A stretch of 64,000 bases of DNA. It comes from an uncultured Planctomycetia bacterium. GTDB taxonomy: Bacteria; 4484-113; JAGGVC01. Each line of letters starts with the position of its first letter. The first letter of the stretch is position 1. The stretch is taken from the NCBI GenBank assembly GCA_964388445.1, contig CAYMAI010000001.1, forward strand, positions 75,429 to 139,428, in the 5' to 3' direction. This document shows positions 56,636-64,000 of the stretch, one piece after another. The translations under genes were made by a program, and so were the position numbers. The notes beneath the pieces were generated by a model. That model was not told the DNA's origin. It was given only the letters and a program-made list of their open reading frames with translations, and did no database searches.

Positions 56636-57100
56636 ATGAACGATTGGAATTCTGAGATGCAACTCGCCCTCGGCGAAGCGCGCGCGGCCGGCGAGCGCGG
56701 AGAAGTGCCGGTCGGTTGCGCAATCGTCGGCCCGGACGGGCGTCCGTTGTCGAGCGCAGGAAACCGCACGCGCGAGCTTTGCGACGCCAGCGCGCACGCC
56801 GAAATACTCGCGTTAAGAAAAGCGGAAAAGATTGCGGGCGATTTCAGGCTCGATCATCTTGATGGCGCGACATGCGTGGTTACGATAGAACCATGTCTTA
56901 TGTGTCTCGGCGCGCTGCTTATCGCGAGAATTAAAACAATAGTGTTCGGGATTCGCGACGAAAAATTCGGAGGACTATATGGAAAGTTTTCGCTCGCGAA
57001 TCATCCGGCGTTTCGCGATTATGTTGTCGTCGAAGGGGTAAATGCGGACGAATGCGGTAAGCTATTAAAAAATTTTTTCGAAAAACTTCGCGCGAAATAA
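56636..57100 (+). CDS. tadA: tRNA-specific adenosine deaminase
   Basis: Deaminase zinc motifs HAEILAL and PCLMCLGAL. 154 aa from the internal ATG. Confidence 0.85.
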   Translation: MNDWNSEMQLALGEARAAGERGEVPVGCAIVGPDGRPLSSAGNRTRELCDASAHAEILALRKAEKIAGDFRLDHLDGATCVVTIEPCLMCLGALLIARIKTIVFGIRDEKFGGLYGKFSLANHPAFRDYVVVEGVNADECGKLLKNFFEKLRAK

Positions 57101-57251
57101 TTGGATGATTTATCGCAATCGATTTTCGAGGCACTGTTTTTTTCCAGTATTCATGCGGGTTTATAAGCGCGCGCTGAAATCGCGCGAAAATCGCGACGCG
57201 CGCGCGCATTAAGAATTTCCAGTAGCGATGCCGATTTCGCGTTTTTTTTCT

Positions 57252-57286
57252 TGACAAATTTCGCGCGCATCGTTAATCTGTTATTA
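57252..57286 (+). promoter_or_regulatory. sigma70-like promoter (TTGACA-17 nt-TAATCT) for the histone-like gene
   Basis: TTGACA at 57252-57257 and TAATCT 17 nt downstream. RBS GAGGAG 9 nt before the ATG at 57319. Confidence 0.4.
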
Positions 57287-57318
57287 CCTTTTTACTGTTT
57301 TTTGAGGAGATGGTTTAA

Positions 57319-57768
57319 ATGCCAAAGTCGCCTGCTAAGTCAGCTGCAGCTCCCAAGGCTGCCGCCCCGAAGAAGGCTGCCGCAAAGCCGGCCGCGAAGC
57401 CTGCCGCCAAGGCAGCTCCGGCCAAGAAGACGGCCGCCGCGAAGACGACCGTAAAGGCTGCTCCCAAGAAAGCCGCAACCGCTGCAAAGCCCGCCGCGAA
57501 AACTGCGGCTAAGCCCGCGGCGAAAGCGGCTGCAAAGCCCGCTGCGAAGAAAGTGGTCGCCAAGGCCGCTCCTGCGAAGAAAGCGGCTCCCGCGAAGAAA
57601 GCTGCTGCCAAGCCCGCGGCTAAGCCCGCGGTGAAAGCGGCTGCAAAGCCCGCTGCGAAGAAAGTAGTCGCCAAGGCTGCTCCGGCGAAGAAAGCGGCTC
57701 CCGCGAAGAAAGCTGCTGCCAAGCCCGCGGCGAAACCCGCGGCGAAAGCTCCCGCAAAGAAGAAGTAG
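57319..57768 (+). CDS. histone H1-like lysine/alanine/proline-repeat DNA-binding protein (AlgP/Hc1-like)
   Basis: 149 aa composed almost entirely of AKPAAK and KKAA repeats, with no hydrophobic core. Confidence 0.7.
   Translation: MPKSPAKSAAAPKAAAPKKAAAKPAAKPAAKAAPAKKTAAAKTTVKAAPKKAATAAKPAAKTAAKPAAKAAAKPAAKKVVAKAAPAKKAAPAKKAAAKPAAKPAVKAAAKPAAKKVVAKAAPAKKAAPAKKAAAKPAAKPAAKAPAKKK
57511..57732. repeat. 111-bp (37-codon) tandem duplication, two copies ~95% identical, inside the histone-like gene
   Basis: Direct comparison of 57511-57621 with 57622-57732 shows only a handful of mismatches. Confidence 0.85.
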
Positions 57769-57794
57769 CGGCCCAAGTTTGAAATTGAGATTAT

Positions 57795-57834
57795 AGGGCG
57801 GGTTCCACGCAAGGGAATCCGCCCTTGTTGCTTT
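57795..57834 (+). terminator. candidate intrinsic terminator (AGGGCGG-loop-CCGCCCT followed by TGTTGCTTT)
   Basis: 7-bp GC-rich stem with a 17-nt loop and a U-rich tail, 27 nt after the stop of the histone-like gene. Confidence 0.45.
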
Positions 57835-57955
57835 AAATTCATTTGAGTTTTCCACTTATCAACAAAGTTATTGTTAATGCTACTTTTCGATTCTCCGCTA
57901 ACACACTATTTTTCGCCCTTGTGTTACCATACGCTCCGTCATTGCGGAGGATCGA

Positions 57956-58759
57956 ATGTACGAACTCGAGTTGGAGAAGTTTTTTTCCGTTGAAATGGAC
58001 GAAGCCGAAGGCGTCGTAACGCTCGTCATAGACAAAAACGGAGACAAGTACAACACGTTCGGCCCAAGTCTTGTCGGCAATCTCAAAGTTTTGCTTGAAC
58101 ATTATTACGAAAACGAAGCCATACGCGCACTCATACTTACGGCGAACGGTACAAAAGTTTTCTCTACCGGGGCGGACATAACCGGACAGTTTCCGTTGCT
58201 CGACTCGCACGGCGCTCGCCACTTCAGCCACGTCGGCCAAAGGGTTTTTCAAATGCTCGAACGCGCGCCGTTCATTACCTGCGCGGCGATAAACGGCTTC
58301 GCGCTTGGCGGGGGTCTCGAAATCGCTCTCGCCTGCGATTTTCGAACCGCGTCGAGCCGCGCCCGCATCGGACTTCCCGAAATCAACTTGGGGTTGATGC
58401 CCGGATGGGGCGGCACCCAGCGTTTGCCTAGAATCGTCGGCAAGTCCAAGGCGCTCGAGATGATTTTGTCCGGCGAACCGATTTCCGCCAAGGAAGCGCT
58501 TGACATCGGCGTAATATCCGCGGTGTTCGAGCCGGACGAACTATTAAGCGGCACAAAAAAATTCCTTACCCAGTTTACAAAGAAAAGCAAAACCGCCGTC
58601 GCGGCTGCAAAGCGCGCGGTAACAATGGGGCTTCGGCTCAGCATAGACGACGGGCTAGATATGGAAAGCGAGCTCTTCGGCCTTCTTTGGTCTTGCCCGG
58701 ACAGAGAAGAAGGCGTTCAAGCTTTTATCGAAAAACGCAAACCCAATTTTTCGAAATAG
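57956..58759 (+). CDS. enoyl-CoA hydratase/isomerase (crotonase) family protein
   Basis: Crotonase oxyanion-hole motifs (LTANGTKVFSTGADI; INGFALGGGLEIALACDFRTAS). Confidence 0.85.
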   Translation: MYELELEKFFSVEMDEAEGVVTLVIDKNGDKYNTFGPSLVGNLKVLLEHYYENEAIRALILTANGTKVFSTGADITGQFPLLDSHGARHFSHVGQRVFQMLERAPFITCAAINGFALGGGLEIALACDFRTASSRARIGLPEINLGLMPGWGGTQRLPRIVGKSKALEMILSGEPISAKEALDIGVISAVFEPDELLSGTKKFLTQFTKKSKTAVAAAKRAVTMGLRLSIDDGLDMESELFGLLWSCPDREEGVQAFIEKRKPNFSK

Positions 58760-58762
58760 AAA

Positions 58763-59722
58763 ATGCCCACGTATTACATTTACGGAAAAGACGACTTGCT
58801 TATACGCGACGAAGTCGTTCAAAGACTCGGAACTAAGGTCTATACGCGACATTACGGCGAGGAGTTAAGTCTATCCGCCGTGATAGAGCTTCTAACGTCA
58901 TCGGACCTTTTTTCAATCGAGGAAGCGCATTGGATTGACGGAATAAAGGAACTCAAGGTAACAAAAGGCAAAGAAAGCGAAGCTTTCGGCGATGCCATAA
59001 GTAGCTGCCTTCCGAACAAGTTCGTTGCGTTCACCCAGAATTTAAGCGACTTCAAGGACTATCGCGCGGCGCGCGACTACGAATCGCGCAATCCTCTCCA
59101 CAACGTTTTAAAGAATTCTGCGAGCGAATTTTACGACCTCAAAGAAAAAACTTACCCCGACAAAGTAATCGAATGGGCGATCGAGCGCGCAAAAAAATAC
59201 GGACTCATAATCGGTAAAAGAGAAGCTTCGGAAATTGCGGAAGCCAGCGCAAGCTTGCCGCAACTCATCGATGGAGAGCTTTTGAAACTCGCCATTTTGA
59301 AAACGAGCGACAAACCACAGAAAATCGAAGGAAGAATTCTGAAGGACAACCTCACCGAAGTTCCGTCGGAAAAAATATTCGCATACATCGACTCGTTGTT
59401 CGAACGAAAAAGCCGGGCGATTTACCTTCTCGAACAATTATTCGAGTACGGCGCCGAAGGCCCGGCGGTCCTTGCCGCGATTTTCAGGCGCTTCGACCTT
59501 ATTTTACGGGCGATCGAAGAAGGCGACTCCCGCCTCGACGAAGTAAAACGAATGCCTTACGACGCCAGGGCCAGATTCAAAACCCAAGTACGTTCTTGGG
59601 ATCGTGAAAGGATTTCACGTGCTTGCGAACTTATTGCGGAAACCGACTTTGGGTTGAAAACCAGCCGTGCGCCGCATTATGATTTGCTTGCCGCCCTCAC
59701 GGCGGAGGTGATGGAGCTGTGA
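58763..59722 (+). CDS. holA: DNA polymerase III subunit delta (HolA-like)
   Basis: 319 aa. Sequence pattern of HolA domains (N-terminal YIYGKDDLLI; middle WAIERAKKYGLIIGKREASEIAE; C-terminal DFGLKTSRAPHYDLLAALTAE). Assignment by pattern only. Confidence 0.5.
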   Translation: MPTYYIYGKDDLLIRDEVVQRLGTKVYTRHYGEELSLSAVIELLTSSDLFSIEEAHWIDGIKELKVTKGKESEAFGDAISSCLPNKFVAFTQNLSDFKDYRAARDYESRNPLHNVLKNSASEFYDLKEKTYPDKVIEWAIERAKKYGLIIGKREASEIAEASASLPQLIDGELLKLAILKTSDKPQKIEGRILKDNLTEVPSEKIFAYIDSLFERKSRAIYLLEQLFEYGAEGPAVLAAIFRRFDLILRAIEEGDSRLDEVKRMPYDARARFKTQVRSWDRERISRACELIAETDFGLKTSRAPHYDLLAALTAEVMEL

Positions 59723-59864
59723 CCGGAATTTCGCACAGAAAAATACGCGAGCGCGAAGAATGGCGCACGCTTCTTCACATTATCTTATCCACAAACCACC
59801 CGGGCTAACCTCGGCGTTTTGCGGCTGCAGTTGTCATTCGTAAAACGCCTAATGGAGGTTTGAA

Positions 59865-61181
59865 ATGTATCTGAGCATGAAAAACGAACTCACTCCGGAC
59901 GAAAGGGAAACCCTTATTTCGGAAACGTTAGAAAACTACCGGGAATATCTAAATCCCGGCTTCATCGGCACGAAGAAAAGCGCGGGCGCGAAAGAAGTGG
60001 AGTGGCGCGCGGAAGGCGCGCTTATGTACGACGTCCACGGCAAGGAGTTCATCGACTGTCTTGCCGGCTACGGCGTTTTTGTCCTCGGCCACCGCCCGAA
60101 GCCCGTTTTGGACGCCGTTCTGCACGTATTCGAAAGAATGGGTCTTTACTCGCAGGAGCTTATGAACCCGCTTCAGGGCGAGCTTGCGAAAAAGCTCGCG
60201 GAAATCACGCCGGGAAAGCTCAAGTACACCTATTTCCACCTCGGCGGCGGCGAAAGCAACGACGCCGCGATTAAAATGGCGCGCGCATATCACCGTGCAG
60301 TGTACAAGGACGACCGCACGATTCACGTGACGTTCCGCAACGCGTTCCACGGCAAAACCTTCGGCGCGCTCGCCGCGACGAACCGCCCGATTCTCAAACA
60401 CAGGTTTCATCCCATGGTGCCCGGCATCGGAGAGCCCGGAACGGTCGCGGAATACGGCAACCTCGACAGCCTCGCCCACATCCTCGAACACGTCGGCTGG
60501 AAAACCGCGAGCGTAATCGTCGAGGCGGTTCAGGGCGAGGGCGGCATCGTCGTCCCGCCGGACGATTTCCTTCCCGGCGTGCGCGCTCTCTGCGACAGGT
60601 ACGGAATTCTCCTGCACATAGACGAAGTGCAAAGCGGCTTCTGCCGCTCAGGAAAAATGTTCTGTACCCAGCATTACGGCGTCGCCCCCGACATTATGAC
60701 AATGGCGAAAGCGATGAGCGGCGGCGTGTTCCCGATAAGCGCGGCAATCGTCACTCCGGAAGTGATTCAAGGCATCGTCGAAAACCCGTGGTATCTGACG
60801 AATACGTTCGCGGGCAGCGCGCCGGGATGCGCGGCGGCGCTCGCCGCCATCGAAATGATGGAAAGTGAAAATATCGCCGACCAAAGCCGCGACAAGGGCG
60901 AGTATTTCAAATCCGGACTTACGCAAATCGCCGCGGAGTTTCCGCACGTCATTCGCGAAGTGCGCGGCAAAGGCCTGTGGATAGGCGTCGAGTTCAACTG
61001 CGCGGACTTCGGCGGAAAGGTTTCGAGCGGGCTTTTCGAGCGCGACGTCCTATCCGCACACACCATCAACAACCCGCGGGTAATGCGCCTCCAGCCGCCG
61101 GCGGTAATTTCGATGGAACAACTCGACACCGTCCTCGACAGATTCCGTGACACGGTGAAGCACGTCGAAAACGGCTTGTGA
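59865..61181 (+). CDS. class III PLP-dependent aminotransferase (ornithine/putrescine/GABA aminotransferase family)
   Basis: YLNPGF. HLGGGESNDAAIKMAR. DEVQSGFCRSGKMF, with the Schiff-base lysine further downstream at MTMAKAMSGG. Confidence 0.8.
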   Translation: MYLSMKNELTPDERETLISETLENYREYLNPGFIGTKKSAGAKEVEWRAEGALMYDVHGKEFIDCLAGYGVFVLGHRPKPVLDAVLHVFERMGLYSQELMNPLQGELAKKLAEITPGKLKYTYFHLGGGESNDAAIKMARAYHRAVYKDDRTIHVTFRNAFHGKTFGALAATNRPILKHRFHPMVPGIGEPGTVAEYGNLDSLAHILEHVGWKTASVIVEAVQGEGGIVVPPDDFLPGVRALCDRYGILLHIDEVQSGFCRSGKMFCTQHYGVAPDIMTMAKAMSGGVFPISAAIVTPEVIQGIVENPWYLTNTFAGSAPGCAAALAAIEMMESENIADQSRDKGEYFKSGLTQIAAEFPHVIREVRGKGLWIGVEFNCADFGGKVSSGLFERDVLSAHTINNPRVMRLQPPAVISMEQLDTVLDRFRDTVKHVENGL

Positions 61182-61221
61182 AACGGCGGCGCCGGTTAAG
61201 TGCGGTCAATGCCGCAAAACC

Positions 61222-62034
61222 TTGCGGATGTTGCACGCGCGTCCAAATGGTGGTATCAAATTGGGCGTGAACAAACCATCACAAACCGGCGAAAGCGGCT
61301 CGTTCGACCCTTCGAAGGCGGACGAGATTCTGCTGCGTTTCGCGGAACGCGAGCGCAAAGTGCGCCGCAGATACGCACGCGCGGGCTATGCGATGCTAGC
61401 GCTGTATGTCGCGCTCGCCGTCGCCCTCGGCTTGATGGTTTTCGTCTTTCACCCCGAAGGCCACCACTCCTCGCTTAAAAAGGAGCTCGGCACGCTTTTT
61501 CATTACATTCAAGTCGCCGGCATCGGATTCGCCATCTCTCTCGCAGCCGTCTTTCTGGGCATCCGGCGCGGGAAAAACATCTACAAGCGGTTTTTACGCG
61601 ACCTCGGCTCCATCGACACCGCGCCGTTCCTCGAAGCGATGAAACATTTCGGGATTACGAAATTCGAGTCGCTACCCGTCCACTTTCGCGACGTAAAAAA
61701 GCTCGGCGGCGTGAAGCAATTCCTTGCGTACGTGTCGAAGCGCGTCGACCAGAAAATAGACACGAAAGCGCTTTTGTTCTGGCGTCGCGGCATCCTCTCC
61801 ACGTTTGAAATCAATCTCCTGATGCTGCTCAGCGCGGCGATTATCCTCACCGGGTTCGTTTTTCTCGTCCGCGACGCGGAGTTCGGCTCGAAGTATTTCA
61901 TGATCTACATTTTCTGCGTCAGCCTTCTCTTCTACATCTGGTATCCCACGATGTGCTTCGTCAGCCGCTATAAGGAAGAGATATTCGAGGCCGTGCGCTC
62001 CGCCGCGGGCCCGTCCGGCGATTCGCGCGATTAA
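61222..62034 (+). CDS. hypothetical membrane protein
   Basis: Several hydrophobic helices. No motif recognised. The start is uncertain and may be an internal Met. Confidence 0.4.
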   Translation: MRMLHARPNGGIKLGVNKPSQTGESGSFDPSKADEILLRFAERERKVRRRYARAGYAMLALYVALAVALGLMVFVFHPEGHHSSLKKELGTLFHYIQVAGIGFAISLAAVFLGIRRGKNIYKRFLRDLGSIDTAPFLEAMKHFGITKFESLPVHFRDVKKLGGVKQFLAYVSKRVDQKIDTKALLFWRRGILSTFEINLLMLLSAAIILTGFVFLVRDAEFGSKYFMIYIFCVSLLFYIWYPTMCFVSRYKEEIFEAVRSAAGPSGDSRD

Positions 62035-62167
62035 CCCGGCGGCATATTTTCGATTCCGTTTATCTTTCACTTTACCGGGCAACCCCGTTTTCCATATAGG
62101 CTTATGCTAGGATACGCGCGGGGAGGGGTAGCAATTTCCGCCGGTTTTCGGCGAGGAGTGAGGACTT

Positions 62168-63802
62168 ATGACGCACGGAGTTTTTAGAGTACCTAAGCCG
62201 GTCAACGAGCCGATAAAGGGGTTCGCGCCCGGCAGCCCGGAGCGCGCATCGCTGAAAGCGCGGCTAAATTCGATGTGGAGCGAAGAAGTCGAAGTGCCGC
62301 TCTTCATCGGCGGCGAAGAAATCCGCACCGGCAACCTCGGCGACATTCGCGCGCCGCACGACCACGCCCATATCCTCGGCAAGTTCCACAAGGCGGGCGC
62401 AGCGGAAGTAGAAGCCGCAATCGACGCCGCGCGCGAAGCGTGGGCGGAGTGGAGCGAGCTTCCGTGGAGCTCAAGGCTGAGCGTTTTCCTGAAAATGGCG
62501 GAACTGCTCGCCGGCCCCTGGCGCGACACGCTTAACGCCGCAACGATGCTCGGCCAAAGCAAAAACGTATATCAGGCGGAAATAGACTCCGCCTGCGAAC
62601 TCATCGACTTTTGGCGGTTCAATCCGCATTACGCGCAGGCGATTTACGAAGAACAGCCGCCATACAGCCCGCTCGGCACATGGAATCGCGTCGAACAGCG
62701 CCCGCTCGAAGGCTTTGTCTTCGCAATCACCCCGTTCAACTTTACGTCCATCGCCGGAAATCTTCCCACGAGCCCCGCAATGATGGGCAACACGGTTTTG
62801 TGGAAACCGGCGTCCAGTTCGATTTTGAGCGGCTATTACTTGATGAAACTGTTTTTGGAGGCGGGCCTTCCCCCCGGCGTAATCAACTTCGTCCCCGGCA
62901 GCGGCGCAACGGTCGGCGACCCCGTGCTCGCCAGCGGCGAGCTAGCGGGCATCCACTTCACGGGCAGCACGCCTACGTTTCAGAAAATGTGGAAAACCAT
63001 CGGGAATAACATAGAAAACTACGCTAGCTATCCTCGCATCGTCGGCGAGACCGGCGGCAAAGATTTCGTTTTCGCGCACGCGTCCGCGGACGTAACCGCG
63101 CTCGCGGTCGCGCTCGTTCGCGGCGCGTTCGAATATCAAGGCCAAAAATGCAGCGCCGCAAGCCGCGCGTATATTCCCGAAAGCATCTGGCCGAAAGTAA
63201 AGGGCGAAATGCTGGGAATGCTCGAAGAAGTGAAAATGGGGCCGGTCACGGACTTTTCGAACTTCATGAACGCCGTAATCGACAAAGGCGCGTTCGAAAC
63301 CATCAAGGAATACATCGAATTTACAAAAGCCTCGCCGGATGCGGAAATCATTTTCGGCGGCGGCTGCGACGATTCGACCGGCTATTACATCGAGCCGACC
63401 GTCATCCTCGCGAAATCGCCCGACTTCCGCACCATGTGCGAAGAAATCTTCGGGCCGGTTCTGACGATTCACGTCTATGCCGATGCGGACTACGAAGACG
63501 CGCTCCGGCTTTGCGACACCACTTCGCCGTATGCGCTTACGGGCGCGGTGTTCGCGCAAGACCGCTACGCCGTCGAAGTGGCATATCAGGCGCTGCGCCA
63601 CGCCGCCGGCAACTTCTACATTAACGACAAGCCGACCGGCGCGGTTGTCGGCCAACAGCCGTTCGGCGGCGCAAGGGCGTCCGGCACGAACGACAAGGCG
63701 GGCAGCTATATCAACCTCTTGAAGTGGGTATCGCCGCGCACGATAAAGGAAAACTTCGTCCCGCCGAAAGATTTCAAATATCCGTTCATGATGGAACCGT
63801 AA
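62168..63802 (+). CDS. L-glutamate gamma-semialdehyde (1-pyrroline-5-carboxylate) dehydrogenase
   Basis: ALDH superfamily with P5CDH-type N-terminus (MTHGVFRVPKPVNEPIKGFAPGSPERASLKARL). Catalytic Cys (QGQKCSAASRAY) and Glu (GETGGKDF). Confidence 0.8.
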   Translation: MTHGVFRVPKPVNEPIKGFAPGSPERASLKARLNSMWSEEVEVPLFIGGEEIRTGNLGDIRAPHDHAHILGKFHKAGAAEVEAAIDAAREAWAEWSELPWSSRLSVFLKMAELLAGPWRDTLNAATMLGQSKNVYQAEIDSACELIDFWRFNPHYAQAIYEEQPPYSPLGTWNRVEQRPLEGFVFAITPFNFTSIAGNLPTSPAMMGNTVLWKPASSSILSGYYLMKLFLEAGLPPGVINFVPGSGATVGDPVLASGELAGIHFTGSTPTFQKMWKTIGNNIENYASYPRIVGETGGKDFVFAHASADVTALAVALVRGAFEYQGQKCSAASRAYIPESIWPKVKGEMLGMLEEVKMGPVTDFSNFMNAVIDKGAFETIKEYIEFTKASPDAEIIFGGGCDDSTGYYIEPTVILAKSPDFRTMCEEIFGPVLTIHVYADADYEDALRLCDTTSPYALTGAVFAQDRYAVEVAYQALRHAAGNFYINDKPTGAVVGQQPFGGARASGTNDKAGSYINLLKWVSPRTIKENFVPPKDFKYPFMMEP

Positions 63803-63942
63803 GCCGCCCTCCCGCAGGAAAAAAGCCGCATAGCCACGGTTGCAATTGCGAATTTGCCATTCCATGCGGCGCGGCCGTTCTTGGCTTCGCAAGCGGACGA
63901 ACTCGGTGCTATAATCCTCGCGTGTCCACGCGTCCGCACACG

Positions 63943-64000
63943 ATGCAAAGGATCGAATTCGATCCGCATACGATTTACCGGGGCGATTGCCTCGAAATCC
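63943..64000 (+). CDS. 5' end of a probable DNA methyltransferase (partial)
   Basis: The ORF begins MQRIEFDPHTIYRGDCLEI. The YxGDCLE N-terminus is typical of N4/N6 DNA methylases. A TATAAT lies 28 nt upstream. Only 19 codons are visible. Confidence 0.3.
   Translation, partial: MQRIEFDPHTIYRGDCLEI

Noticed and set aside
56512-56769. Upstream extension of the proline dehydrogenase ORF (86 codons)
   Set aside because: Pro/Ser/Arg-rich, non-globular. It would overlap the divergent tadA start region. The conserved ProDH fold begins after the internal Met.
57315-57855. Two ~170-aa Ala/Gly/Phe- or Arg/Gly/Leu-rich ORFs antisense to the histone-like gene
   Set aside because: They are artefacts of the GC-rich trinucleotide-periodic repeat. 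The sense strand has the promoter, RBS and terminator in the correct orientation.
59949-60632. 227-aa ORF antisense to the aminotransferase gene
   Set aside because: Class-III aminotransferase motifs are unambiguous on the plus strand. The antisense ORF is Arg/Ala/Val-rich filler.
62942-63892. 316-aa ORF antisense to the P5C dehydrogenase gene
   Set aside because: The ALDH catalytic Cys and Glu motifs are on the plus strand. The antisense product is Arg-rich with no motifs.
1-64000. CRISPR arrays, tRNA/rRNA genes, IS elements or integrase genes
   Set aside because: No short regularly spaced direct repeats, no tRNA-like GTTCGAAT T-loop signatures in intergenic regions, and no transposase or integrase-like ORFs were seen. 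The only notable repeats are the 111-bp intragenic duplication and short operator-like palindromes.

Overview
64-kb bacterial chromosomal segment, roughly 55-60% GC with one short low-GC island. It is probably from a flagellated, diderm-type lineage, judging by the TolB-like, LptC-like and outer-membrane-barrel-like genes. Gene density is high and many genes overlap by a few nucleotides (translational coupling). Main blocks: (1) 14-9965, a respiratory complex I operon nuoBCDHIJKLM. It has no nuoEFG between nuoD and nuoH and no nuoN after nuoM, and it has unusually extended or fused membrane subunits (NuoH, NuoI, NuoK, NuoL). (2) 10045-24322 on the minus strand, a flagellar hook/export/switch operon in Firmicutes/spirochaete-like order (fliK-flgD-TIGR02530-like-flgE-flbD-fliM-fliY-fliO-fliP-fliQ). 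A Maf/DUF115-like gene and several unknown membrane proteins lie upstream of fliK, and a secreted CAP/SCP-domain gene sits where fliR is normally found. (3) 24352-30723: M50 protease, scpA, a low-GC orphan secreted-protein gene, and a very long smc. (4) 31170-47570: housekeeping and envelope genes, including a PEBP lipoprotein, a PadR-membrane-protein pair, a TPR protein, prfA, a DUF1385 gene, rpmE, LemA, a CPBP protease, an orphan LexA-like repressor, a TolB-like protein and purN. (5) 47613-52732: an AAA+ ATPase and a giant PKD/dockerin-like secreted protein. (6) 52868-64000: dnaX with an A9 slippery run, a redoxin, proline dehydrogenase, tadA, a histone-H1-like K/A/P-repeat protein with a 111-bp tandem duplication, a crotonase, holA-like, a class-III aminotransferase, P5C dehydrogenase and the 5' end of a probable DNA methyltransferase. 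I saw no rRNA, tRNA, CRISPR array or transposase. All calls rest on motif recognition in the supplied translations; nothing was searched against a database.
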